Below are positions 23,895 to 37,000 of a stretch of DNA of 64,000 bases, in pieces. The notes beneath the pieces were generated by a model that was given only the letters and a program-made list of their open reading frames with translations, searched no databases and had not been told where the DNA came from. This DNA comes from Bugula neritina. Its lineage: Eukaryota > Animalia > Bryozoa. The translations under genes and the position numbers were made by a program. Every line of letters starts with the position of its first letter. Positions within the stretch are counted from its first letter, which is position 1. The DNA lies in NCBI GenBank assembly GCA_964035545.1, contig OZ037767.1:1065680-1129679 (forward strand). The letters are read 5' to 3'.

Positions 23895-26800
23895 CCTGCT
23901 GCTACCTGCCACTCACACATGATACTGTGTGTTGATGTCACTTTGTAGAGTTACTAGTTATACTAAAGTATCACATAGCGGTATCTCTCTACAGTATATC
24001 AATACTTCCTGTGACACTGTGACTCTCTCTTGTATCTCTGCTGTAAAGATGTTCTTTATCTTCTTTATATATTAACTTGTAACACTGTTTTGGGAGTTAT
24101 TCTTCCAACTTATAGAAAATGTGATTTTCCTAATTTTTACTGTGTGAGCTGTGAGTGACAAGTACATATACATCTACTTATTCAATCAGTATTTTTCTTA
24201 ATGTTTTTAAGCTGTGAAATGTATGAGAATGTGTGAACAGACAATAATATATACTATATAATACAAAAGTGTGTTATAAATATATAATTATATTGTAGTA
24301 TAGAGGTTTGGGACTAATATATTTGTGATATAAATATAATATGATGTGTAATATAGTAGTAGATATTATATAATCTAATATTCCACATTAAATTATAATA
24401 CAAAGGAGAAGGTGTCAACCTACTTGAAAAAATTAAAAACGCTTATAATAATAAATATTCAAATCTATATTAATAAATTTATTAGATTCTTGTAATTGTT
24501 TATATTTTGCCAAAACCGGACACATAGTCATAACTTGTAGTAATTCTAAAAAAACTTTATAGCAAAACCAGACGAACTTCATCCATGATGCTAAATTGCC
24601 TTTTTTATTTTTGATGGTGCACACATTTAGTGTTGATAGAATAAGAGGCTTTGTTACATAGCATACTTTGCATGTGTATTATGTAAGCATAAGTTGGCAA
24701 ATTTATACTGAATTTTTTGTTCGCAAATGTGCACACATTTAGAATTGTTGCTGCCAGTGTACAGGCTGTAAGAATTAGAAGTTGCTTACTCCTAAATTGT
24801 TAGTTATGTAATTAGAGTTGTTTACTCTTGAGCGTCTTCAGTATGGTTGTTGCAGGCAAAAAGTATGTTATGCATTTCAAGTACTTTCTTGTACAGGTAA
24901 CAAACTTTTCAGCACTGTTTACTTTTCGCCATTCTGTTCTGCAAAATTAACTGAATTTGATATGCAGTGTCAAAAGTTGCTATAAAAACCAGTCAATGCA
25001 CTAGAGAAACCAATGTTTGTATATTAGTATTGCCATTTCAATTAAAGAATTCATTCAACTCACTATAAGCTGCATTTACTAGGTACTGCACCTGCATATA
25101 CTGCCAATAGGCCAGGCAACTTAATAACATTTATTTTTAATTTTATTTTTATGATTTCATTTACTTTTAGTTTTAGTTTTACTTTTACTTTTAGTGATTT
25201 ACAATATCGATATCAATATGAAATTGAGTAACAATATACATAGTCATAATATTAATATAATTATAATATCAAATTTGAGAAGCATAACTGTGATAACAAG
25301 CAAACAATATAAATACTCATGTTCATGCTGATTCTCATTCTGATTAAGATCATCATTATGATAGAACTAGAACTATAAGTATAAGATATATAACTAAGAG
25401 TTAAACTTAAAGTATATACTTGAAGTTAATCTCATAGTTATAGTTATACCTACACTGAATTAAAATAGTCATAACTCTTAGTCTTAGGGCTATTCATAAC
25501 TCATAATCATTATGATTGTCATAATTCAATCATGAAATCAAGACATAATCATCGTGTCTCAGTCTGTGATTACCATAATACTTCAAGTTGATACTTATTG
25601 ATAGTAGACTATTACTATGAGTCTGATAGTGGCAGTGATACTCAATACTCATTACATTTACTGATAACAGTTACTCTAGTGAGTTAGAGTTGGTCATTAC
25701 TTATTAATTTTCATTATGATAACGATTGCAGTTAGGCCTACTTATAGTAATAGTAATACTATTAGTAAATATATTAGTAATACTAATAGTAACAGTATTG
25801 CTAAATCTAGTACAATCTTAGTAATACTAATACTAAATATAATAGTTATAATTATGTTCTTATTCTAATAAGTACTAGTATCTAAATAAGTAGTAGTAAT
25901 ACGAATGGCTCTGGAGCTGGATGATTACTAATAGGTGATTGAATTGCAGTATAAAATTAATGTCATAGTAAATTGAATATTCATTACCCACTAGAATTAA
26001 ACAACTTAATCATCAATTATAAGAATTGCTAAGGATAACTATTACTTATTTAGTTATTTGTTAGTTATACTTATAGTATTAGTATTACCATAGTAGTATA
26101 TGTATAATTATTAGTATTATATTAGTATTACTATAAATATATTTATATCATTATTTTATAATTTATAGTTTTAAATCATAATGATAATAATATTTATTTA
26201 CTTATAGTTAAATATGATATAAGATTAAATTGCTTTTAGCTAAATATTCCTTTATTCACATTTAATTACACTTGAGTGATTATATATGTACCAAATTTTT
26301 ATGGGTTTAAGCCAAGTGTCTGAGAAATGTAATTGTTCACTACCTATTGCTTGTGTTAATTCACTACTATTGTTTTGTAGTTTATAATGTCAGTCTGACA
26401 ATCTTCTATCGCAGTATTTAGATTTATAGATACAATTTTCCCTCATCATCTAGCAATACTGAAGCTGTGTCAAAGCAGCAAACCAACTGCAGATTTCAAT
26501 TTAAGATATTTATTGATTATTTCTAGAACTTTAATTTTTATTGTTCACAGATATTAAAAATGTCATTACTAGTATTAGTTATTGGCATGTCAATTGAGTC
26601 AGTAAAATAAAGATAAATTTCTCACAGGCCTAGAGTTAATAACTGCATTACTGCACAGTTTATTACTCTTATTACAGCCACTTGTGTGAGTTGACTTAGT
26701 ACGAGTTTTTGGAGCATGGCTAACCTTAGCCAACTATGAATATTAATAAGATGTTATGATTATATTAATCTACCCCTAGAGCTTATGTGTGGTTTTGATT

Positions 26801-28083
26801 GGTGCTAGCAATAGATTGTAATAAATTGTTTAAACTGTCAGTTTTTGATTATATTAAATATTAATAGGTTTGCATAATTCAAGTATTATTAGGACACTGT
26901 GGTCATGAATTATTTAATCACCTCTTTTTGAGATTGATTTTTTTATTATCATGGCTCTTAAAAATGTCATTTGTGAATCTTCTGAAGTATAAATGCAGAT
27001 GTAAATACTTTACTATGTCAGTATGTTTTCACTCTCTGCTGTATAATATAATTAACTGCTGAAATAGCCACGCAGCATTTCTTGCTTTCTCCAAAATATG
27101 GCGAGTTATTTATTATTTGCTGTTTTATAATAAATTTCCTAATATCTCAAACCTTTAAACTTTGTCCAGAATTGTGTGCTTTAGTGATGAAAACTAACTG
27201 ACCGCCATGAAACTGGAACAAATTCTTTTCTCTCAGAATCTTTGTATTCAGTTTAAAAGTAGATAAGACTTTTTTTCAAGGTTTTAACTTATTTTTCTAA
27301 AGATGCTACTTTTATCAGAGTGCAGCAGTATAAGGTGCTGTTTGTGGTAGCCAAATATTGCTAAAACCAGTAAAGTTTCTCAAGAAGTTGTGTATAACAC
27401 AGAAAACTAATCTTAGGAACTTAAGGTGCTCAAACTATAAATTCAATGAAAGTAGTCTGTCTGTTTGTCCTCCTCAACAATTTGTGAATATTATAGAAAA
27501 GCTAATGAAGATTGTAATAGAGCTTATTTAGAGGGCAATGTTTGAAATCTCATTATAAATATTGAAGTGGATTTAAAGTAAATAGACTGCATTCATGTAG
27601 GGAGATGAGTGCCCATTGCATAAGCATTCTATCACAATCAATAATGCTTTAATCCCAAGTCTTTGATGGAAAATTATATTTTATAATTACAATTAGTGAT
27701 AGCAAGTTGTATCCTGTACATACGGGTTATTCAACTTCAAGAGTTGAAGGCTGCTAGGTTTAGAAGGTATAGTTGAAAGGTTATATATATACAATTCTGA
27801 GTAATGTTGAAAACACTTGGTTGTTTGATAAGCTATTTATATGTTTTCACCACCACAAGTGAGGATACTATGGTTGAAAAGTTATCAGTGCATAGCATAT
27901 ATTAGTTGACAGGTTTGGTCAGTGCCCCATGTGATACGGAGCTGTCACTTTGTCTGTAAATTTATTCATAGTTTTGCTGCACTTTTCTATTTTTTTAGAC
28001 TACTAGTCTGATATGGTAATACGTTGGCATCCTGTTCAGTCTATTATTTCACTAGCCTGTGACCCGTGTTACTAGCTGTTGAT

Positions 28084-31000
28084 ATGCCAAGTTCTACGGG
28101 CTGTCTGTGGCCAGTAGCCATCCTTCTGCTCTCCAATAAAGGTACGTCGTTGCCAAGGAACTGGATAAGGCGGATTTTTTTAGAATAATTAAACATGGAA
28201 GAGTACACTGACCCCAGCAGCTATTTATAAAATGTATTTTTAAAATTATTTGACAAAAACATTGAAATGACCGAAATAAGTGCAGACTAGGATTTGCCGT
28301 CTGAAGGTCATCTGGAGGTTGTATAGAGTGGAGGTACTCTAAGGCTATTGGAGAGTTTAAGGCTATTTGGTTTGTCTCAGTATAAGAAACCTATAGTAAA
28401 CATTTGTTGTTGAAAGATAGTTTTAAGTTCAAATTCTACTTTAACAAATTGAGCTGCAACAATTTTATTCTAGCTGAAAAAGAATCTCATGCCTTATATG
28501 CCTAACAGTGCCATCTCTGTTTTGTTTCTTAGTATACCACTAGTAGCTACACTAAAGTCTCATTGTACCGTCACCTTGTAGTTTGTGTTGGGTAACTCTG
28601 TATAAGCTATGCTTCTCTTAGCAGATATTCTTGGCACAGTTCAGTTGTTTCAGTAAACTCTTGAGTAACATATCCACCTGGAATTCACTATATAAATATT
28701 CCACATAACCCAACAGTGTTTGTGTTATGACTACAATACAGAAATGGTTTTGAATAAATTAACATGAAGTGGTGATACGCAGTCTTATTTAGATAGTAAT
28801 CTCTCTTAAGAACTTGAGAAAACAATGTTTTGTGCTACAAATTTACAGCATTGCTTGGTTCATATTTCTACAGTTATTTTAAACTTTCTGTTTACCTGCT
28901 GAAACAGCCATAAGTTGCGAGGCTCCAAGGATTTTTGTGTATTTCAGAGTTGTCTCACCATTTGCCTGCGATTCAATGGACTATTTCAGTTTCAAGCTGT
29001 GCAAGCTGTCATGTGTTTAGAAGTTGTATTCTCCTTTATTCTACCTGAATATAATTCCGTATTAATCAGCTTCGTATCTCAAAAGACTTATTTCCTTGTA
29101 TTTCAGCTATTGGCAATGTGGGGGGTGACTGTGACATCCCGACGTCTCTGAGCTTTTTGAATTTCAATCCCGTCAACTCAACAGAAGAGGTGAGCTGTGA
29201 ATTTCATCTCTTAGTAAAGTCTGTTCGGCAGGAAAAATTTAGATTTTGTTTTTATCGACTGAATATTGAAACGATTTTAGTATCTCAGAAGTTGCCTTCT
29301 TCCGATTCATTTGAAAACAATTCCAGGTTAACCATGACTAGGCAGAAATAGGTTCACCAGTTATTTCTAAAATGAAAATCCATTAACTTTTTTCAAGTCA
29401 TGGTTTTTTCTGTTAATCACAATCTTCAAAGGGAAGGTGATAGCATCCGCCTGTTGAGAAACAGAGTTTGATGGATGTTTCCGGAAACTGACCACTGATA
29501 GCCGAGTGTCCACTCAGTTGCGTAATCAGTATGACTCATGGTCAGCCTGCAGTTCCTGTGTCAGTTCAGCGAATGAGTCCACAAGAAGCATGGACTTGTA
29601 GCAAAATTTGTACTAAAAATTGCAGATTGTAACAAATTCAATTTCTAAAATTTGTTAGATTAAAGAAGTTGGTTTGCATTTACTGAGCTTTGCACTCATT
29701 TTCATCAGCAACCTTATGTGGAAAATGGCAAATCGTTTAGTAAGAGTTTAGTAAAGTACTATAGGTGTCAGCTGACATAGTCATACAGGTGTCAGCTGAC
29801 TAAGTCATACAGGTGTCAGCTGACATAGTCATACAGGTGTCAGCTGACATAGTCATACAGGTGTCAGCCGGCATAGTCATACAGGTGTCAGCTGACATAG
29901 TCATACAGGTGTCAGCTGACATAGTCATACAGGTGTCAGCTGACATAGTCATACAGGTGTCAGTTGGCGTAGTCATACAGGTGTCAGTTGGCGTAGTCAT
30001 ACAGGTATCAGCCGACATATTCATGCAGGTATTAGTGTATCAGATATTAGTTCTCTTAGTATTGCTATGTAGTGATGGGCAATGATTTTAACTCTTATAA
30101 CAAAGAGAGAGAGATTAGTGGTTCATTATTTACCCGGAACATTTCAGCTGCTGTTAAATGTCGGAGGAGTAACAGAGGCTAAACTAGTGATTCCAGCTAA
30201 TTTATTTCAGTTGCATTCACATCTCTTGTGTCACATATTCACTTGTTTCTATCATGAATGAAAAATATTGACAAGCCGGCCGACTCCCATGGGAGTATAA
30301 CTGTATGAGTTGGTGGTACAAGACAGCACTTCTAATTATAAAACATACTTAAACCTTGAAATCACAAAGTCATCATAGATTATTTAAGGTAGAATGTAAA
30401 TAGGGCTGCCATCGTCCGTGCTGCCGGTGTGTGTGTTGTCATGCTTTCATTCATTTGTTAGAGGTATCTGCTGTCCTGTATACAGAAGGGTAAGAAACTG
30501 TATCCGTTGGGGGAATTCTCGGATGTGGTATGCGAAGAAAATGTATGGAAAACCAGGTAAAAGTACTGATATGTAAAGTGAGGGAGTCAAGGGGAAGGTA
30601 ACTCTTAGATTATCTCTGTTGGTACTCAGAGTTAGCTCATGACACCAACTCAATAGCAGTAAAGTTTAGGTAGAGGTTGCAAGTCTTCATACAAGTGATT
30701 TGATAGGCAAACCAGTTGATGAGCAATGTACTTGTGCAGCATTCTTTACTATTATGATATTTAATATATCTTAATAATGTATATATTGTAAGTATATACT
30801 GTATGTATATATTTTATATATTATATATCCGTATAATAAATGTATATAATATGTATATATTGTAAGTATATACTGTATGTATATATTTTATATATTATAT
30901 ATCCGTATAATAAATGTATATAATATGTATATATTGTAAGTATATACTGTATGTATATATTTTATATATTATATGTATGTATATTAAATGTATATAATAT

Positions 31001-34000
31001 GTATATATTGTAAGTATATACTGTATGTATATATATTATACATTATATATAACCTACAGGGATGCCACTAATCACGTGTTCCATCTCACCGACCTGAAAT
31101 GTCTCCTCATGTGCACCGAACCGAAGATTCCTAACGGCAACTACCGAGTCACTTACGCCTCACTAGTAAGTATGCCGCTATTTATAGCACTGTCTGGGCG
31201 CGTGCCGGCTGGCTGCCGCTTTGTTTGAGAGAGAAGATAGGCAGCTGAAATTAGCTGCAGTTTCTAGGCTAAGTATCTCGAGGAGTGTAACCTCAGTAGA
31301 TGTGACCTCAGTAGGTGGGAGTTGGTGCTACCTCCAACTGCTGCTTGCTGCCGCACATGACTTGGCGAATAGATTAGGATTTCCTTAACTCTGTCAGTGA
31401 ATTGTTCTAGGTTCACATTAAGTACCATCTAATGCTGCCAATGCTGTCATTCTATATATAAATGACATTGAATTCAATTACTATTTAATTATAAATAACA
31501 AATAAATACCCACAGGGGTTTTGGGGCATTACCTATTCAAACCCTTTCGCTGCTGTATCCTTTGGTGGAGGTATTTATAGAATGTACTTACAATGCTACT
31601 CATTTTCTGGTTTAAAATATTCAGTGCACATTTCTAATGGTGCTCTTTGAGAAAACCTGCACACAAGTTGGGCCAATTCTCAATTAGCTCTCGATTACAC
31701 ACTACGCTGTAGATACTCCTTGATTACACACTAGGCTGTAGATACTCCTTGATTACACACTACGCTGTAGATACTCCTTGATTACACACTACGCTGTAGA
31801 TACTCCTTGATTACACACTACGCTGTAGATACTCCTCGATTACACACTACGCTGTAGATACTCCTTGGTCTGTGACAGGAAATGAAAAGTATTAATTTGC
31901 TTAAAATAATGTGATTTTGTATGATTGTCAATTGCATTAGCGAGTGAGCAATAACTTGTATGACATGAAAGTCGTGGGGGTCACTAGATCTTGGTGACCT
32001 GATAGTAGTTTCATAAGTCATGTAACACCTTCTCAGATTCTCTCCCTGGATATCACCTGCCTGCTGCTTTATTTAGCTGATGTTCTCATTACTAGCTACG
32101 GGGGGGGGGGGGGGTGGTCTAAACCCCCGTCCTCACTTCATTTCCAATTCTATGCTATGTTGAATAATATTTCTGCTTAGGAAAGCGGCCATGGTTTGAG
32201 AATATCCATGGAGTATGGCGGAGAGCTGTTTTATATACCCGGAACAGTGCTACAGCTCACTTGTGATGAAGGTAATAAACTGATGCCCTCAGAATCCACG
32301 ACTACTTGTGGTGACGATGGTCTCTGGGTGCCCCCCATCCCTGTGTGTTTAGACAAGGACATTACAACCAGCAACAGTATGTTATATTATATTACATCGT
32401 ATTATACATTACATTATATTGTATAATATATTAAACTACATTATATTATACACTATATTGCACTGTATTTCATTACAATATTATATTATATTACAATACA
32501 GTATATTAAATTATATTGTATTATATTATAACATACCCTGTTATATTACAATACAGTATATTATATTATATTTTATTATACTGTATTATATTATATTATA
32601 CGCTGTTATATTACAATTATCAGAATGAAAAACAGAAGAACTCAAAATTCTCTCCAATCTGATTCTGTAGAACTACTGAAATTAATGTAATCTTTACTAT
32701 GCCTATTTTTAAATACTTTTATTTTATTTTAAGCATAAAATAAGAAATGTTTTGTGAGGTGCTCATTTAAGAGATTAACTTTCTAGGAATATTTACCATG
32801 CAGATGATTTGTGGGAACTTTGAGGTTAAGAGTCATTATCCATGCTTAACAAACCCCTCTGTCCAAGATTTTCATTTAATGGGTATTTCATTTGAATAAT
32901 CTAATTATATAATGAAAAATGGTACTTCTTGGCATTTTTTATTGCTTTTAGTTGATTGTGTGTTGTAATAAATAGACTTGGAGAAAATCTATAGCATGAG
33001 AAATATTATGGCTAATTTATTAGAATAATCAGTTTCCAGGAAACGTAATTACTGCTAGTGACATAGTGAATATCTTTGAGTATAACAAGGGACATGACTG
33101 AGCGGCTGTAGTGGGGTGTTGGCTAACTGTGTAGTGTATACATGGTTTATCTTAAAGTAATAAACATAAGGATATGTTACTTTGAAGGAAAGTGATTGTG
33201 AAATGAATAATTTTATTGAAAACTTTAACCTATAATTTGGTTTATCAGTGACTCTACTTGCAACTCATGAGTGAAACTCACATTAGATGGAATTTTAATG
33301 CCATCAGTTATGTTATAATATGTAAGTGGTTGGTTTAGGGTTGCTAAAGTTATATCTACTGTGTATATCAGATCTATTCTTAGCTAGCTAGACCTTCAGC
33401 TGGTTAAACTTTCTAGCCCTGGTTTCTACACTTGCAGGATTAGAGGGTGGTGCATCAGTCGACCCTAAGAATACCATGATCATAGCCACAACTATCTCTG
33501 TGGCAGCGTTTCTAATATGTGGAGCGATTATGGTGGCCATAGCCATACGGGCTAAATGGAGGGTAGTCTGTAGGAAGAGGCGCGCCCCACCGTCCCATCC
33601 TGATGATATCAATTACCCCCACGGCTATACACAGGTAAGCTAACTTAAGTTTTCAATTTATATAATATATTATATTGTATTTTATAATATATTATATTAT
33701 GTATTATATTCTATATTGTGTTATATATTGTATTATATAATATGTTATGTATTATATTATACTATATATTATATATTATGTTATATATTATACTATACTA
33801 TATTATATTATAATGTTATAATAAGCATAGCACTAGCTCCAACTGTATGCGTAGCAAACCAAATTATCTTTTCTAGAAAATTCTTAGAAGCTAACGCTTA
33901 TGATTTGTCATATTGAAAGTTTGTATAATCATCTATTTGAAGTGTTCTCTACCAGTTGAGATATTAGAATACTATTTTTACTTCCATGCACACATTCACA

Positions 34001-37000
34001 CATTATGTGAACATAGTAGGAACTTCTAGATTGTTGTATTGTCTACAACCGAACCTTAATTAATCTGTATCCATATATTTTTAATCATCACTCACACCTC
34101 TGAACTTAGTGCATTTATATTAGAATAAAAAATTGGAGAAAAATAAAAAATCACGTTATATATTTTATTGCATTTCTGCTACGTATTACTATTTTTCATT
34201 TAATTAAATGGGCTGTTTGAGTTTTGCTGCAAGTATTAGCGTGACGTGCTATAACATAAATCATTCTTCACTCACTTACTTAGTAATGTAATTTAACTGT
34301 CTAGCATTGGTGTTGTGGATATAAGTTTAATTTTTCTTGACACAAATTATAATTTAATAGATTTTTAGGTGCACACATGTTTTCTCTGACATCATCAACA
34401 TGATTTATTAGTCAAGTTTGCCCTAAAAACTTACATTTTAATCCTTTTGAAGAGGGGAGGGGGGTTTCTATACTCACCGAATTGGGATTTGAGAAGTTTC
34501 TATGATCACTACAACTGCTAACATGTAGTGCTCATAAAATTGTTAGATTTACATTATCTATATTTTCTAGAAACAGGTTCATTTCTGTTTATAATTTGTA
34601 CCCTTCAAGCAAAAACTATAATTGTTGTTCTCACAAATTGACTTTTCAAAGTAATAAGAATAATATATTACATTATTATATATTATATTTCATCAGTATA
34701 CATTATACAACATCATTATATATTGTATTACATTATTGTATATTATATATTATTGTATATATTAGTATATATTACATTATTGTATATTATATTACATTGT
34801 TATATATTATATTGCATATTACATATTAAATATGGTTTGCTTTTACTTTTTGACTCGGAATTTAACAATAAATGCAAAAATTGAAAAGAAAATTGATAAT
34901 TTGGTTTTATTTGTTGACACTTCATTGTTTTAGTAAAAAGCAGATATATTAGCAGCTAGAATTTTATAAAGCAGGTGAAACATAAATGTTATACAGTGTG
35001 CACTAAATAAAGTACACAAGAAATGACTGACTCAATTAACTTGCAGATGCTCTTTGCATTGATGAAATAAAAATAGTTGAAAAATCTATTTAAATGTTCC
35101 TAAAATAAAAGAAATGTTAATAAGCAATAATGTTGTTGGGCTACTGGTTTGTTATGTGTGTTTAGATAGGAAGGACCGTTACATCCATGATACATGATAC
35201 AGTAAATTTTTACAAAAGCTGTGGCAAAAGGCTTTCATATTAACTTATATATGTACTTGTTTAGTCTGGCTCATCAGTTCTATTTATAAATGTTATAACA
35301 AAGTAAGTTTTGTGGTGGAAGCAGATGAATATTCTCTGTAGAACCAATCAGGAAGAGGATTCTATTTTTGTCATGATCTCACTCCACTTCAAAGGAGCAG
35401 ACACGTGCACTTTTGTCAAAATGTTATATTTTTCATCGCAAGCCCAGCTTGTCATGTTTTCTGAGTAAAAGAGGAAAACAATTGAAAAACGAAAATAAAT
35501 TTTTCGAAGTATTGAAAAAACCACTTTAAATGGCTGCTACATTTAAAAGGCAACATCTAACTCAGTTAGATGTTGAAACTATAGTATTACATTCTCCCTC
35601 CGTCCTTGAATTTGAACTTTTGAAAGGTTACCTCAGCTACCAGTTTTTATTCAGTATTTCTTGTCGAGTGCCAAAGTCCTTGTAAGTCCTTGTAAATCCT
35701 TGTATATTATGTAAGTAAATGGCAAACTGGCCAACTCTACTGGCCAACTCACACTACTGGCCAACATGACGGCATATGTTCTGTATTATTTATATCTGGT
35801 GTGGAATATCCTTATGCTGTGACGACATGTTGTAGCTGGGAAGTGGCTCCCACCTCCCCTCCTACGACGAGGCTTTAGACTATGAGGAGGATGATTTTAG
35901 ACCTAGTTCTAACCTATCAGGAGGCTACTCAGCGCACAGGTTCGTACTCACCCCTTCTAAAACATGCAATACGTCAGTAGCCAAACTGAAATGGACTTAT
36001 AACAGTCAGTCCAGTGCTGGGCGTCTAGGATGTAACTGAAGGTAAATTGAAGGTCACGATATGCCTTCCCACTTTTTTCAAACTCCTTGGCTAGGTGTAT
36101 GAATCATGTATGGTGCACAGAGCAAGGTTAGCAGTGTTATTAATATCCATGTTCTGACGATTCCAATAGGATACTCAATAGGTTACAGTGTCCCAACAAC
36201 AGCTTATAAGATACACTGAATAATTTCTATTCATTCTGATTTAATGATGATAAGCATTTAAGTTTGTCCCACAGCAGATGTTATTTTAATAAAACTCTGC
36301 ATCAAATTTTGACTGCCATTATTATTTAGCCAGCCGGTCATTTTACCTCCCCTGTTTATACAGGAATTCCTGGTGCTGTTTTATACAAATAAAATTTAAA
36401 ATTGACCTTTTCAAAACAAATTTTCATGGAATTACTAGGGAATTTTCTGCAGAAAAATTAAAATGGTGCTAACAGCTGTTTGTTATTTTTTTATGTGTTT
36501 ATCTTGTAATGGAAATACTATAAATAAATTATAAGATCGGCCAGCTAAGAGGTTTTACCATATTAACTGACCTACACACTGGACAAAAGTGGACACGACA
36601 AGATTGAAGATCTTCTTAATGTGGGTGAAAGGATGAGTTGTGTCGGAAGCAGCAAGTATTTTAATGTAAAGACAATGGATTGGTCAGCTGTCATTTATCT
36701 GATAGCGTATAGCGTTTGATTGAATTATGTAGCCCTGTAGCTCAGTCAATATATGATAAGAAAATACAACTAATCAAGTATTGCCTATCAACATCATCTG
36801 CAATATTTATTAATAATAACATTTGCTCGGAACAAGCTTTAAGAAAATTTAAAGGAGGTGCCAATTTCACATCTAAGTACATGTTGTAAGCAAACACGTC
36901 CCTGGGGAAAGAATCACAACACATATGTGATATTAATCATCACCATTTGTTATCCAATCTAGATTTTAGCTCAACTCCATTGTCTTCTGCTGGATTATAG

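Noticed and set aside
32419-34829. Ile/Tyr/Leu-rich ORFs (also near 6791, 13144 and 52512)
   Set aside because: Low-complexity ATATT-type intronic tracts with no splice or motif support.
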